Part shown: positions 37,071 to 49,205 of the stretch, one piece after another | How the letters are laid out: every line of letters starts with the position of its first letter | Numbering within the stretch: the first letter of the stretch is position 1 | Source: Antedon mediterranea | Lineage: Eukaryota; Animalia; Echinodermata | Direction of reading: 5' to 3' | DNA length: 64,000 nucleotides | NCBI RefSeq assembly: GCF_964355755.1 | Contig: NC_092676.1 | Span: 24,694,871 to 24,758,870 of the forward strand | The notes under the pieces: generated by a model | What the model was told of the DNA's origin: nothing | What the model saw: the letters and a program-made list of their open reading frames with translations, nothing else | The model's database searches: none | Program-made: the position numbers and the translations under genes

Positions 37071-40000
37071 ATGGATGTTCTTGGGTTTGAAATTCCGAAC
37101 GCTTCAACATGGCTGTTACTGTTACTTTTACTGATTCTCACATACATGTAAGTATGGTCTAATTTTGAAAACTAGGCCTAGATTGTAAGACTGGCCTAGT
37201 ATTATACGATTGCGACTCAAGATTGTGAGGGTAGGATGGAGAATATGTAAATAAGCATGATATTTTAAATATTTAACTATTCCTGTTTAAATGTTGGTTT
37301 TTTAAATCTCTTTATCTAGGTATGTAACATGGGGCCACTCGACGTTTTCAAGAATGGGTGTACCTGGTCCAAAACCCCTTCCAATAATTGGGAACATGCT
37401 TGGACTGATCGGGGTAGGTTTTTCTAATTTCCTATATCAGTCAAGAGGAAAAAGCTTCCTACTTTCTAGGATTTGTATGTGGTTAAGTTATCAGATATTC
37501 AATTGTTATTCAACTCTTAACTCCCTTTGTGAAACTTGACTACGGGCACCTCTCCCCCCCCCCCCCTCTCCCCTGATATTGTTTTCCTCTGTGTCACATT
37601 CCTTATGTCATCCTATGTTAAATTTAAAGAAACAATATAGTGTTCGACTAATAGATCGATTGGAAGTTTAAAGCTCATGATACCATTGTCGATACCATTA
37701 CTGATAACTTTCCTAATCAAAATGTTATTGCTGAGCAGGCCAATTCATTACCGGTATTATTATCTTTATTTTATTTAGGGAATGCCATTGCATACGATTT
37801 ATAAAGAATTGGTAGAGAAATATGGAAAAGTATGTGGGTAAGTTAAGAAATTAAATAACTAATCCTAAACAAAGCATCCATTTCAAGCCTTGGAATAATC
37901 AATTGACACACGATTTTGTCACTATGTAATATCTAATTGACTATTGACAGTCAGTTTAATTCAATGTGTATCACGTATCACACAATATCACGTATCACGT
38001 AAATAACCTGAGTAAATTTGGATTGGCGGCTATGTTTAACGACAATCAATTTAGTCATTGTAATCAATTTACTTTATAAAATGAACTATGACGTTTATAT
38101 TATTTATTTAATTTCAATAGTTTCTACGAGGGAAGAACTCCAATTTTATTGGTAGCAGATATAGACATGATGCAAGAAATAATAGTGAAAAAATTCGCAA
38201 ACTTTCGCAATCGGAGAGTAAGTAAGCTGTTAACTTTTATAGCATAATGTTTATTTTAAATCGATAATTACTTTCTTTTGATGAACTACATTAAAAGACG
38301 ATATGAGAATAATACGAATAGGAACATAATTATATAATACATTTTTTAATATATTTCTCGTATTGTTCTTTCGATAAAAAAGTAATATGATTATATTGTT
38401 TTACTGTACATCTCAGAACTTTCCATTGAACAACGGCATTCTCGATGAAGGGGTGAACAATCTTCAGGATGATCACTGGAGAGAAATTCGAAACGTATTA
38501 TCGCCAAGTTTTTCGGCAGGTAAAATGAAAAAGGTAAATAAAAAAATTAATGAAAGCTATTACAAACTTTAGAAAATTTACGGGAAAATGGTCATAACAG
38601 CAATAATGTTGATACTTAATGTTATCGTAACGAATATAATGTTCTTAAAGATGATGGAAAAATGATTAACTACAGTTGATGATTATATTTACAGATGTCT
38701 CCCTTACTAAATGCTTGTTGTGATGGACTTGTTAAAAATGTCCTCGAAAAAGAAGCTGCAAAAGAAAACGTCGAAGTTAAAGAGTGAGTAAAATATTTCA
38801 TTATTAAATATTCTAGTTTTTCGGAAAGCAAATGAAATACCTAAATAGCGTGTTTTAATATCGATTAATCCAGATGTTTAACCCTCGAAATTCACTCGAA
38901 AACCCAGTAGTAAAATACGTTAAACCGTACGTTGCATATTCTATGGTTTTTTGTTTGTTTTGTTCTTTTGTTGCTGTTTTTTTTTTGCAGTAGATACATT
39001 TTTCTATTTTCAATCTCTCTTTTTTTTTTGACATTGATAATAAATAAAGTAACCATTAATATTGTTTTATAAATGTAGATTATTTGGAGCGTTCATTATC
39101 GATTCTGTTGCGAGTTGTGGATTTGGATTAGACGTAAACTGTCAAACAAATAAAAACCACCCATTTCAGATGCATTGCAAGAAAGCCTTTGATGTTAACT
39201 TTAGTAACATTTTTCTGGCCCTTTCTGGTAAGCAAGCAAACTTATGTGTCTCTTTAATTTCTTTTAAGTAGTCATAACTAAATTTATTTGATAATAGAAG
39301 AGTTTCACATAGGGTCCATGTGTTCTCTTACTTTCACCGTTTAAACAATATATAACTATACTGTAAATATTTAAAAAACGAAACCGAAATGGAACTAACT
39401 AGAAGGTTACCTGTTCCTACACATACATACAAGATTCCATAAGTACTCTTTGATCTTTACAAACGTTGTTATTCTTATATTGCAATAAACCAATATCAAT
39501 ATTTTTTTCTTTATCTTTTTTCTTTATAGTACTTTTCCCCTGGATCGGACACATTTTGAACCTATTTAAAGTTGCGGCAATAACGCCGAAAGAAACTCTA
39601 GAATTCTTTACCGATGTTACTAATCAGGTTATTCAGTTGCGCAAAACAGACGAGAAATCAAGAGTACGTTTTTTGTTCAATTGCAGTTTACTATAACAAA
39701 TTCATTCAATTTCAAAGAATCGTATAATTCATTAGATATTTTGTAAATCAGAAGTATGTTTTGGTTACAGAGAATTGACTTCATGCAATTGATGATCGAT
39801 TCACACACTAACACTCATAATGACGAAAATGATAAAGTTTCATCTTCAAAAGGCCAACTCACGAACAACGAAATACTAGCACAAGTAAGTAAAGTATAAA
39901 GAAGATAAGAAGACGATTTTTTGTTTACTTTATAAAGAAAAATTGAGTTTCAGAAATGTTAAATATTTTATTATAGGTTCTTTACTCTAAAATTATAATC

Positions 40001-41335
40001 GCTTTATAAATTATTAATAAATTATTCGGATATGTATTTATCAGTCACTGACGTTCTTCTTCGCTGGTTTTGAGACAACAACAACGGCACTTTCGTACAT
40101 CTCGTATATACTGGCACGAAATGGAGATAAACAAGACAAGTTAATTCAAGAAATTGATGAGGTCACTGGAGGAAACACCGACATCGGTTACGATATTGTT
40201 TCGAAAATGCCATATTTGGACATGGTGGTTACAGAATCTGTAAGGATGTTCCCACCAGCAACAATGTAAGTATACAATTTTTTTCAAAAAAAACTAAGGC
40301 AATCTAGCAACAAGATTCTTATCTCCGGAGATCAAAGTATTTATCTATGGCTGCGACACGATCAGTTCCACGCCCATTAACAGACACCGCGCGCCATGGA
40401 GATAATATTATGTAGGTTTACATTGTATAATAATGTTGGTATTTGTCGCAGCCACACATAAGATCAAAGGACTGTTTCTGAAAGGAAATCTGAATCTGAA
40501 TTCTATCGAATTTCTATCGATTACTGGTACTTTTATTCTTAAAGATTTGATCGTGTGTGTTCAGAAAGTTGCACAGTGAATGGCATTCAAATTCCGAAGG
40601 GAATGGTCATCAACTTTCCTGTCTATGCAATTCATAGAGATCCTGAAAATTACCCCGAACCCGACAGCTTCAAGCCAGAAAGGTGAGTCCGTTAATATAT
40701 ATTTTCACAATAATGTCCATTCCTGTTACAATGATAAGCTATTTTTACCTTTTCATTTTTACAAATATTAATATTATTTAATTATTTTTTTTGTTATTAT
40801 TATTTTAAAAAACAAGGTTCAGCAAAGAAGGTAAACAGCAACGAAGTCCGTTTGCATTTGAAACATTTGGTAATGGACCTCGAAACTGCATCGGCATGAA
40901 GTTTGCTTTGATTGAAATTAAAATGGCAATTGTTAGAGTTTTACAAAAGGTGAAATTTGAAGTCTGCCCTGAGACAGAGGTATGTAATCTACGTCACTAG
41001 AATTCAAGTTTAGATTGCATTTTGTAAGTTTTCCCTGGTCTTCCATTCGACACGGCCACTTCCATTCTGAAGTCTTAACATCTAATCCCCTAACACTATC
41101 AAACTTTATGTGACAAAAAAAAATGTGATGTTCCCCTATATGAACACAATGACGTCATACCACTACCATATTTGGACACATCGCACTTTCTTCTCAAACT
41201 AATTCGTTAGTGTGGACAGAGCTTTAGTCTATCTTTTCCGTTTTCTTTCATTTTCAGATTCCACCAACTCCTCGTACAGCTGGTATCCTCACACCTGCAA
41301 ATGACTTATTTCTAAGAGTTGTTGCCAGAGATTAA
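37071..41335 (+). CDS. Cytochrome P450, CYP3 clan (CYP3A-like), copy 1. Exons 37071-37147, 37320-37413, 37779-37837, 38121-38217, 38417-38533, 38695-38783, 39079-39227, 39530-39663, 39771-39884, 40045-40265, 40545-40682, 40817-40979, 41258-41335
   Basis: TM anchor, PGPKP, WREIR, AGFETT, ESVR, PERF, FGNGPRNCIG; 13-exon CYP3A-type layout. Confidence 0.93.
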
Positions 41336-41495
41336 CTACTACAACTAGAACACTACCGGCAAGAAATAGACTAGAATTTCAACGTGACATATAATATGTG
41401 TAATTTTGATTCAAAATTGCCTCACACTATAGTTATTAGGGAGAGGGAGACATTCATATAAAAATGTTTGCTTTTTTTCTTTCCTATGGCCGGCC

Positions 41496-43202
41496 GCGAT
41501 TTTTTTTTTCGTACATAAGTTGGGGACCCCCTCATGAAACGTCACAAAACATGAATAATTCATCAGTTAAATTTTCTTGTTCCGTGTGCACCCAAGCGTA
41601 TATCAACAAGAAGTGATTACACAAGTGCGGTACGATTCTAGGCCTATCTCCGCTGTTGTTGCGGCGTGCGATTTCATAGAAGAATAGCGGCGTTTTGTGT
41701 GGATTGTCGAAATAATCAGCCTTTGTTTATGGTGTTTTTAATATAATTTATTACTAAAGAATTACGTGTTAAAATTATAGTTTCTATTAATACTATAGGC
41801 CTAATTATTAGTCTCTAAACCCATGTCTATTCTAGTAGTAGCTGTGTGGGTACGGTGTGTGACGTGTGTGTGTTAGGTACGTATGACACAATCCGAGTAA
41901 TAAGTCAGCAAAATTAAACATTAAACATTACACAAAAATACATTTTTTATTCTCGTGGGTCTAATCTTCCCATCTCATGTGTTCATATACGCGCATTTTT
42001 AAAGTTCCTTTGAGTTCATGCATATTGTTTGATAATAAAATAGCAGAATAAAAAAAATACAGTACACAATTTATACAAATTCTTTATTCTTGTGGGTCTA
42101 AGCTTTCTTTGGGCTATGTCCAATGAATTACTACTTAGTGTAATGTCTTGCCTAGCTGTTGATTAGCCTCGACTCGACACATTTTGTGTGAAGAATAGTG
42201 CGCGAAGGCAATCACGTGAATTGACCTAGAATCCTACCTAGGCCTACTGTAGAAAGAATCGTATCGCAGTTGTTCGTGTAATCACTTCTTGTTGCTATAC
42301 GCTTGGGTGCACACGGAACAACAAATTTAACTGATGAATTATTCATGTTTATTTTTGTGACGTTTCATGAGGGGTCCCCAACTTATGTACGAAAAAAAAA
42401 ATCGCGTGCGGTACGATTCTAGGCCTATCTCCGCTGTTGTTGCGGCGTGCGATTTCATAGAAGAATAGCGGCGTTTTGTGTGGATTGTCGAAATAATCAG
42501 CCTTTAGTTTATGGTGTTTTTAATATAATTTATTACTAAAGAATTACGTGTTAAAATTATAGTTTCTATTAATACTATTAGGCCTAATTATTAGTCTCTA
42601 AACCCATGTCTATTCTAGTAGTAGCTGTGTGGGTGTGTGTGACGTGTGTGTGTTAGGTATGACCAAAGATAGTTACACTATCTTTGGTATGACACAATCC
42701 GAGTGTAATAAGTCAGCAAAATTAAACATTAAACATTACACAAAAATACATTTTTTATTCTCGTGGGTCAAATATTCCCATCTCATGTGTTCATATACGC
42801 GCATTTTTAAAGTTCCTTTGAGTACATGCATATTGTTTGATAATAAAATAGCAGAATTAAAAAAATACAGTACACAAATTATACACATTCTTTATTCCTG
42901 TGGGTCTAAGCTTTCTTTGGGCTATGTCCAATGAATTACTACTTAGTTTAATGTCTTGCCTAGCTGTCGATTAGCCTCGACTCGACACATTTTGTGTGAA
43001 GAGTGCGCGAAGGCAATCACGTGAATTGACTTAATCCTAGGCCTACTGTAGAAAGTATCGTATCGCAGTTGTGTATAATCACTTCTTGTTGCTATACGCT
43101 TGGGTGCACACGGAACAACAAATTTAACTGATGAATTATTCATGTTTATTTTGTGACGTTTCATCAGGGGGTCCCCAACTTATGTACGAAAAAAAAAATC
43201 GC
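41496..43202. mobile_element. MULE-like MITE: full copy (41496-42405) plus tandem copy lacking the left TIR (42406-43202)
   Basis: Same family as 19987-20881. Confidence 0.9.
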
Positions 43203-45057
43203 GGCCGGTGTAAGATTTAAATGTGTCCGGTGGTTGAAAGTGTCCACTGGACAATTTTCAGCATTGAATAGTGTAATACCAGCTGTTGAAAATGGCTGCA
43301 ACCACCCGGGCAGCTTTCATCGATAAAAAAGTAGGACCATCGACATCGACATCATATTAACCCCGTAAAAACTAGGGCACTGGACGGTCACCAACTCCCG
43401 TTAGGGTAATTATAATTCCTTAGAATACCAACTTGAATCGCAAAATATCAAGTCGATTGAAATAAATATTACTATTATTATATCTGGAGACATATAGTCT
43501 AATCAAATTAAATTGTTTGTTTTTGATTGAGTATATACAACCTGTTGTCAATTTGAAGTAAATCGACAACTTGAAAAAATATATAGCCTACCGGTACTGT
43601 ATTATTATTTCTAGGGAATGAATATCACTAAATCATATAGGCATAGGGCCTACCTATTTTCGTTCTCTCGAAATATTATTTCATTGGAATTCGCATTACT
43701 AATTCGCGAGAGAACGAAATAATTTCCCTCGAAATTATTTCGTTCTCTCGATCATTCCTTGTCTCGAAGTAGTAATTCGTTTTTTATATTGTTCAGTTCT
43801 TGAAATCTTATTTTGTTCTCCCTAAATATATTTGTTCCCTCAAAATATTTTTCAGTTCTCAAAATATTATTTTGTAATATTCATAATACTGTTACTAATT
43901 TAATAATATTAACTGATAACAAAAGTGCTTTAAACAAGTAAGTTCGTCATTGTTAAAGTGAGTTCTTTTTCATTATATTTTTTTTCACAGATGCCTGATT
44001 TTGGTTTTATTTAATGAAACATTGAATTGGTTAGTCACAATATTTTTTTTGTTTCTAGAGATTTTACATTATTTATTTATTTATCTAAAATACATTTGAA
44101 AAATATTGTTGATGCATATTACCAAAAAATATTTATTTTTTTATATTTTATATGGCAAAATAAACACCTTAATTGCGCATCATAATTATTCGTTCACTCA
44201 AGGGTATTTCGGTTTTTTGTTTTTTTTTAATAATCTCTAAAAAAAAAAAACGTCCACCTCTCTTAAGGGACCACTTCTCATAATTCCGTAACGACCACCT
44301 TTCGCAAATTACCACCTCTATTGAGGTGGTCACTTACGGGAGGTGTAGTCGGTAAAAGAAGTGGTCGTCTACGAGCGGTGGTAGTTTATGAAAGCAGTCC
44401 GTTATGAGAGGTGGTTACCCCTTCAGGAGGTTGTCCATTGTGAGAAGCGGTCCTTTAACAGAGGTAGTCCCTTTTAAATATTAAAGGTGGTCGCTAACAA
44501 GGGTGGTTGCTTACGATCAGAGTGCTAAGTTTTGAAAGCCGATCACTTACGAGAGGTGGATAGACTGACGGCAAGTAGAGAAATACATTTGCACATGATT
44601 TAGACATTTAGGTTTGTAAAATATATAATATTTTATTAGCTGGCGATATTAACTACATTAGCTGTGAGGCAATTTTCGTTACTACATTACCTGTTGAGTT
44701 GTACATTAGTATAATGTTGATTTTTATTTGATAAATAAGCTGTTGGTGTTTCTACATCATTAGCTAGTTCTAGGCTAGGTTTTATTATATGGGTGGATTT
44801 GACTTTTCTACACTAGCAGTTTTGAACAGGGCCTACTGTATTAGTTTAAATGGAATGCTACAAGTTGTATTATTTTTTTTAATTTATCGTTTTGTGTACT
44901 AAAGTGGCAGCATAATCAGTATTTATTTTTACCAGATGTCCAGCAAGGGTAATGTCCCAATTGGTAATTGCCACAATTGTCAGGTCAACCTCAAACCAGC
45001 GGCTCTCGGGACCGGGAGAGTTGTATGATTTGTTTTTATTATTATTTTTTTTTTTTT

Positions 45058-45125
45058 AATGCGCCTTGAGCACTCTGTGGTATGTGCGCTATAAAAATCC
45101 TGTTATTATTATTTGTTATTATTAT
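45058..45125 (+). mobile_element. L2-type 3' tail (LINE or partner SINE)
   Basis: GCGCCTTGAGCAC...TGCGCTATAAAAAT plus (TTA)n. Confidence 0.55.
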
Positions 45126-45152
45126 TTCACCTTTTAGTCGTGTCTGTCTACA

Positions 45153-47065
45153 GTAAAGTGATCTTTAATTGGAAGAGGACCAGTACAATTACTTGTTTTT
45201 AATCACATGATTATAAACTATTTATTCCTCTTGTCTGTGCTCGTACAAAATAATAAAACGGTCGCTAATTGGAAGTGTCTTAAAGTAAAGTGATCTTTAA
45301 TTGGAAGAGGACCAGTACAATTACTTGTTTTTTATCACATGATTATAAACTATTTATTCCTCTTGTCTGTACTCATACAAAATAATAAAACGGTCGCTAA
45401 ATGGAAGTGTTTAAATTGAAGTGATCTTTAATTGGAAGAGGACCAGTACATTTACTTAATTTTGTCACATAATTAAACTATTAATTATTATTGTCTTTAC
45501 TCATACCAATTAATAAAATGGTCGCTAATTGGAGATGTTTTAAGTAAAGTGGTCCTTTATTGAAAGAGGACCAGTACAATTACTTGTTTTTTGTCACATA
45601 ATTAATAACTATATATTCTTCTTGCTTTATTAATACTAAATAATATAATGGTCGCTAATTGGAGGTATTCTTTAAGTAAAGTGATCTATAACTGGAAGAG
45701 GACTAGTACAGTTACTTAATTTTGTCACTATCATAATTAAAACTATGTATTCTTCTTGTATTTACTTCTACCAATTAATAAAAATGGTCACTAATTAGAG
45801 GTGTCTTAAAGTAAAGTGACCTTTAATTGGAAGAGGACCAGTACATTTACTTAATTTTGTCACATAATTAAACTATTAATTATTCTTGCCTTTACTCATA
45901 CCAATTAATAAAAATGGTCACTAATTAGAGGTGTCTTAAAGTAAAGTGATCTTTAATTGGAAGCGGACCAGTCAGTACAGTTACTTAATTTTGTCACACA
46001 ATTAAAACTATTAATTATTATTGTCTTTACTCATACCAATTAATAAAATGGTCGCTAATTGGAGGTGTTTTAAGTAAAGTGGTCCTTTATTGAAAGAGGA
46101 CCAGTACAATTACTTGTTTTTTTGTCACATAATTAATAACTATATATTCTTCTTGCTTTATTAATACTAAATAATATAATGGTCGCTAATTGGAGGTTTC
46201 TTTAAGTAAAATGATCTATAACTGGAAGAGGACTAGTACAGTTAATTAATTTTGTCACTATCATAATTAAAACTATGTATTCTTCTTGTATTTACTTCTA
46301 CCAATTAATAAAATGGTCGCTAATTAGAGGTGTCTTAAAGTAAAGTGACCTTTAATTGGAAGCGGACCAGTACATTTACTTAATTTTGTCACATAATTAA
46401 ACTATTAATTATTCTTGCCTTTACTCATACCAATTGATAAAAATGGTCACTAATTTGAGGTGTCTTAAAGTAAATTTATTTATTTATTTGGAATTACACC
46501 TTTAGATCGGTGGCACACTTAGCACAAAGGTGCATCCTTCACAATATAAAATATAACAATTAACAGAAAAGTAAAAAAAGGCAAAAGCAACTATCAACCC
46601 CTATCCTACCCCCCCCCCCCCCAATTTACATCGATACATACAGTAGATCATTAGTAAAGTGATCTTTAATTGGAAGCGGACCAGTCAGTACAGTTACTTA
46701 ATTTTGTCACATAATTAAAACTATTAATTATTATTGTCTTTACTCATACCAATTAATAAAATGGTCGCTAATTGGAGGTGTTTTAAGTAAAGTGGTCCTT
46801 TATTGAAAGAGGTCCAGTACAATTACTTGTTTTTTGTCACATAATTAATAACTATATATTCTTCTTGCTTTATTAATACTAAATAATATAATGGTCGCTA
46901 ATTGGAGGTGTTTTAGGTAAAGTGATTTTTAATTGGAAGAGGAACACTTCATTTACTTGTTTTTGTCACATACTTAACAATTATTTATTCTTCTTGTCTT
47001 TTCACATACCATATAATATAATGGTCCCTAATTGGAGGTGTTTAGGCAAAGCGATCTTTAATTAG
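45153..47065. repeat. ~130-bp satellite, ~13 units, 4-mer higher-order repeat; ~160-bp retro-tail insertion at ~46476-46632
   Basis: TAAAGTGATCTTTAATTGGAAGAGGACCAGTAC unit; variant GGTCCTTTATTGAAAGAGG recurs at ~45551, ~46081, ~46794. Confidence 0.9.
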
Positions 47066-47914
47066 AAAAAAAAAATTTGTTTGGCATCATTAAGTATTAT
47101 TGGTTATTAAAAGAAGACAAGACAAGTGCAGGCGTGATAAAAACAACCACCTATCATAAAACGTATGATACAGTATTTAATAGTGGACGCATTTCAATCC
47201 ATGGGTCAGACATTATTAAACGGGCCGGACAGCATTAAATTGTTGAAAAACGCCCACGAACCCGTTGAAACATGCAACTGGACACTATCCAATGCTGAAA
47301 AGTGTCCACCCGGACACTTTTGAATGCTGGACACAATTCAATCTTACACCGGCCATCATAATAAGTAAATGAATATACGTTTACTTGGGAATGTTTGTAT
47401 ATGAACTCTTGCTGAATATGTTTACCTTGATAGAAATCCTAATGTTCGGAAGTAGACAATTATGTTAAAATTTAAAATGATAATGGTACATGGCAAATGT
47501 TGTCAACCTGCTAAAAACGTTTCGTTAGGGGTAGAACGTGACGTATAGCTTGCTAATTTACATATGGCATGGCGCTCATGTTATTACGCAACTTGCGACT
47601 ATATAATTCGCTCTATGTTCTGTCACGGCTAGTACTTGAGCTGAGAAGTGTATAATGATAAATGGTTCTCTATGAGAGATGGTTGTCTGATGTTTGTTAA
47701 GTGACGTTTACCTATGGCAGGTAAGAACCTGCTTCTTACGGTTACTAATGAATATTCAATAATACATGGGTGGATAGAGAAGAACCAATTATATTAAATT
47801 AAACGTGACATTTGTTTAATGAATATTCATAAAGCCGTCGAATTTTACCATAGTTACGTTTGCTTTTTGTTATACAGTATTATTACTACAAGAATTGTAA
47901 ACAAAATAAATGCC

Positions 47915-48148
47915 ACACCTTTCCTCGTGCCGCGTTCGGCGATCTTGAGCCAGCCGTTTTTGAACGAAGTCCGAACCGGTACCTACCGTCAGTTCTACCC
48001 AGAACAACTGATGACTGGGAAAAAAAATGCTGCCAACAACTACGCCAGCAGAGGTTGGCAAGGACCTCATTGACATTTCTCTAAATAGAATTTTAAAATT
48101 AGCTTTCCTGATCTTCCATAGTTTCGCTGGTGGATAGTCTGGATTTAA
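47915..48148 (+). pseudogene. Alpha-tubulin pseudogene fragment (about residues 60-150)
   Basis: [10 protein letters not shown] / [26 protein letters not shown] / [16 protein letters not shown] / FLIFHSFAGG*SGF with frameshifts, deletions and a stop. Confidence 0.9.
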
Positions 48149-48603
48149 CGACCGAGAAATTAACAAACGATTATTTTACTTAAAAACCAGTAGTGGGGGT
48201 GGCGCCAGGATTTGCCCGACAGAAGTACCGAAGAGCCTCGATTGGTGGTGGGCCATGCGTGCAAAGCAGCATCCACTAGGGGAGAGGGCGAAAGTCAAAA
48301 CGGAATTTTGTTAATGGATGGAAATACTCGCACGTAAATGATAAATGGCACGCTAGCGCTTTATCAATCTGCAAAATGATCATGCCTATACTTTCTCCGC
48401 CTGTAAACCGTGGAAAAAGGCGTTGGACACACGCGTTAGCAATTTTTAGCGTTCAATGCGAACGTCAACATGCAATCTCGTGTGTAGAAAACCCTATTAG
48501 CATAAAATGCTTGTGGTTGGTTTTTGTAGTCAGGATACACCATGCAATGACATCCATATGTTGCGTATATCTACCCGGTAATCTTTTACACACTATTGAA
48601 CTT

Positions 48604-48694
48604 ACGGAAACGTCTAAGCGCCATCCACTTGGTGACTTGTCAAGCTAATTCATTTTGACTAGTCGCCAAATGGATAGCACTTGAACGCTTTCGT
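48604..48694. mobile_element. ~90-bp hairpin MITE upstream of CYP copy 2
   Basis: Imperfect palindrome with ACTT duplication; absent from the copy 1 equivalent (~36570). Confidence 0.65.
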
Positions 48695-48917
48695 ACTTCC
48701 TGTATAAAAACAGATTAGATAATATCCTATTATAGCACGAGAAGATTGATCCAGGTACTGTACTGCACTTTGTAATGTTTACTGTTCTTTCATCATTGTT
48801 ATGAAATACATTTGGGTTTTTCTATTATATTAGAAGGGAATATTTTATTAATAATTATATATATTTTTAGTAGTAGTAGTTTATATCAGCTGCTGCTTTT
48901 ACGGATTTTCGTATAGG

Positions 48918-48919
<2 letters not shown>

Positions 48920-49000
<81 letters not shown>
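48920..49000. repeat. (AT)n microsatellite, ~40 units
   Basis: Direct observation. Confidence 0.98.
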
Positions 49001-49003
<3 letters not shown>

Positions 49004-49205
49004 AAATACTCGTAATAAATACAATATCATACAAAACATAACACGGCATTTACCTTATCTCTAATAGAATGTTCCGTTTCTAAAACTAATATTAAGCATA
49101 CACTAAAATCACTTGAACATACACTCTATGTTTAGCCTAGTATAGTCAAATTTGAAATTGGTCTCACGTTAAAACAACAACAAACCTTGTCTTGAAGTTC
49201 AGAAA

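Larger units (their letters stand above)
41488..47354. mobile_element. ISL2EU-like non-autonomous element (PIF/Harbinger relative)
   Basis: AT|GGCC[MITE insert]GGCCGGTGTAAGATT...AATCTTACACCGGCC|AT; absent from the paralogous site near 54930. Confidence 0.7.

Noticed and set aside
45153-47065. Regularly spaced conserved motif resembling a repeat-spacer array
   Set aside because: The intervening sequences are homologous to each other, so this is a satellite
47819-48084. Functional tubulin gene
   Set aside because: Frameshifts, deletions, a stop codon, and no other exons
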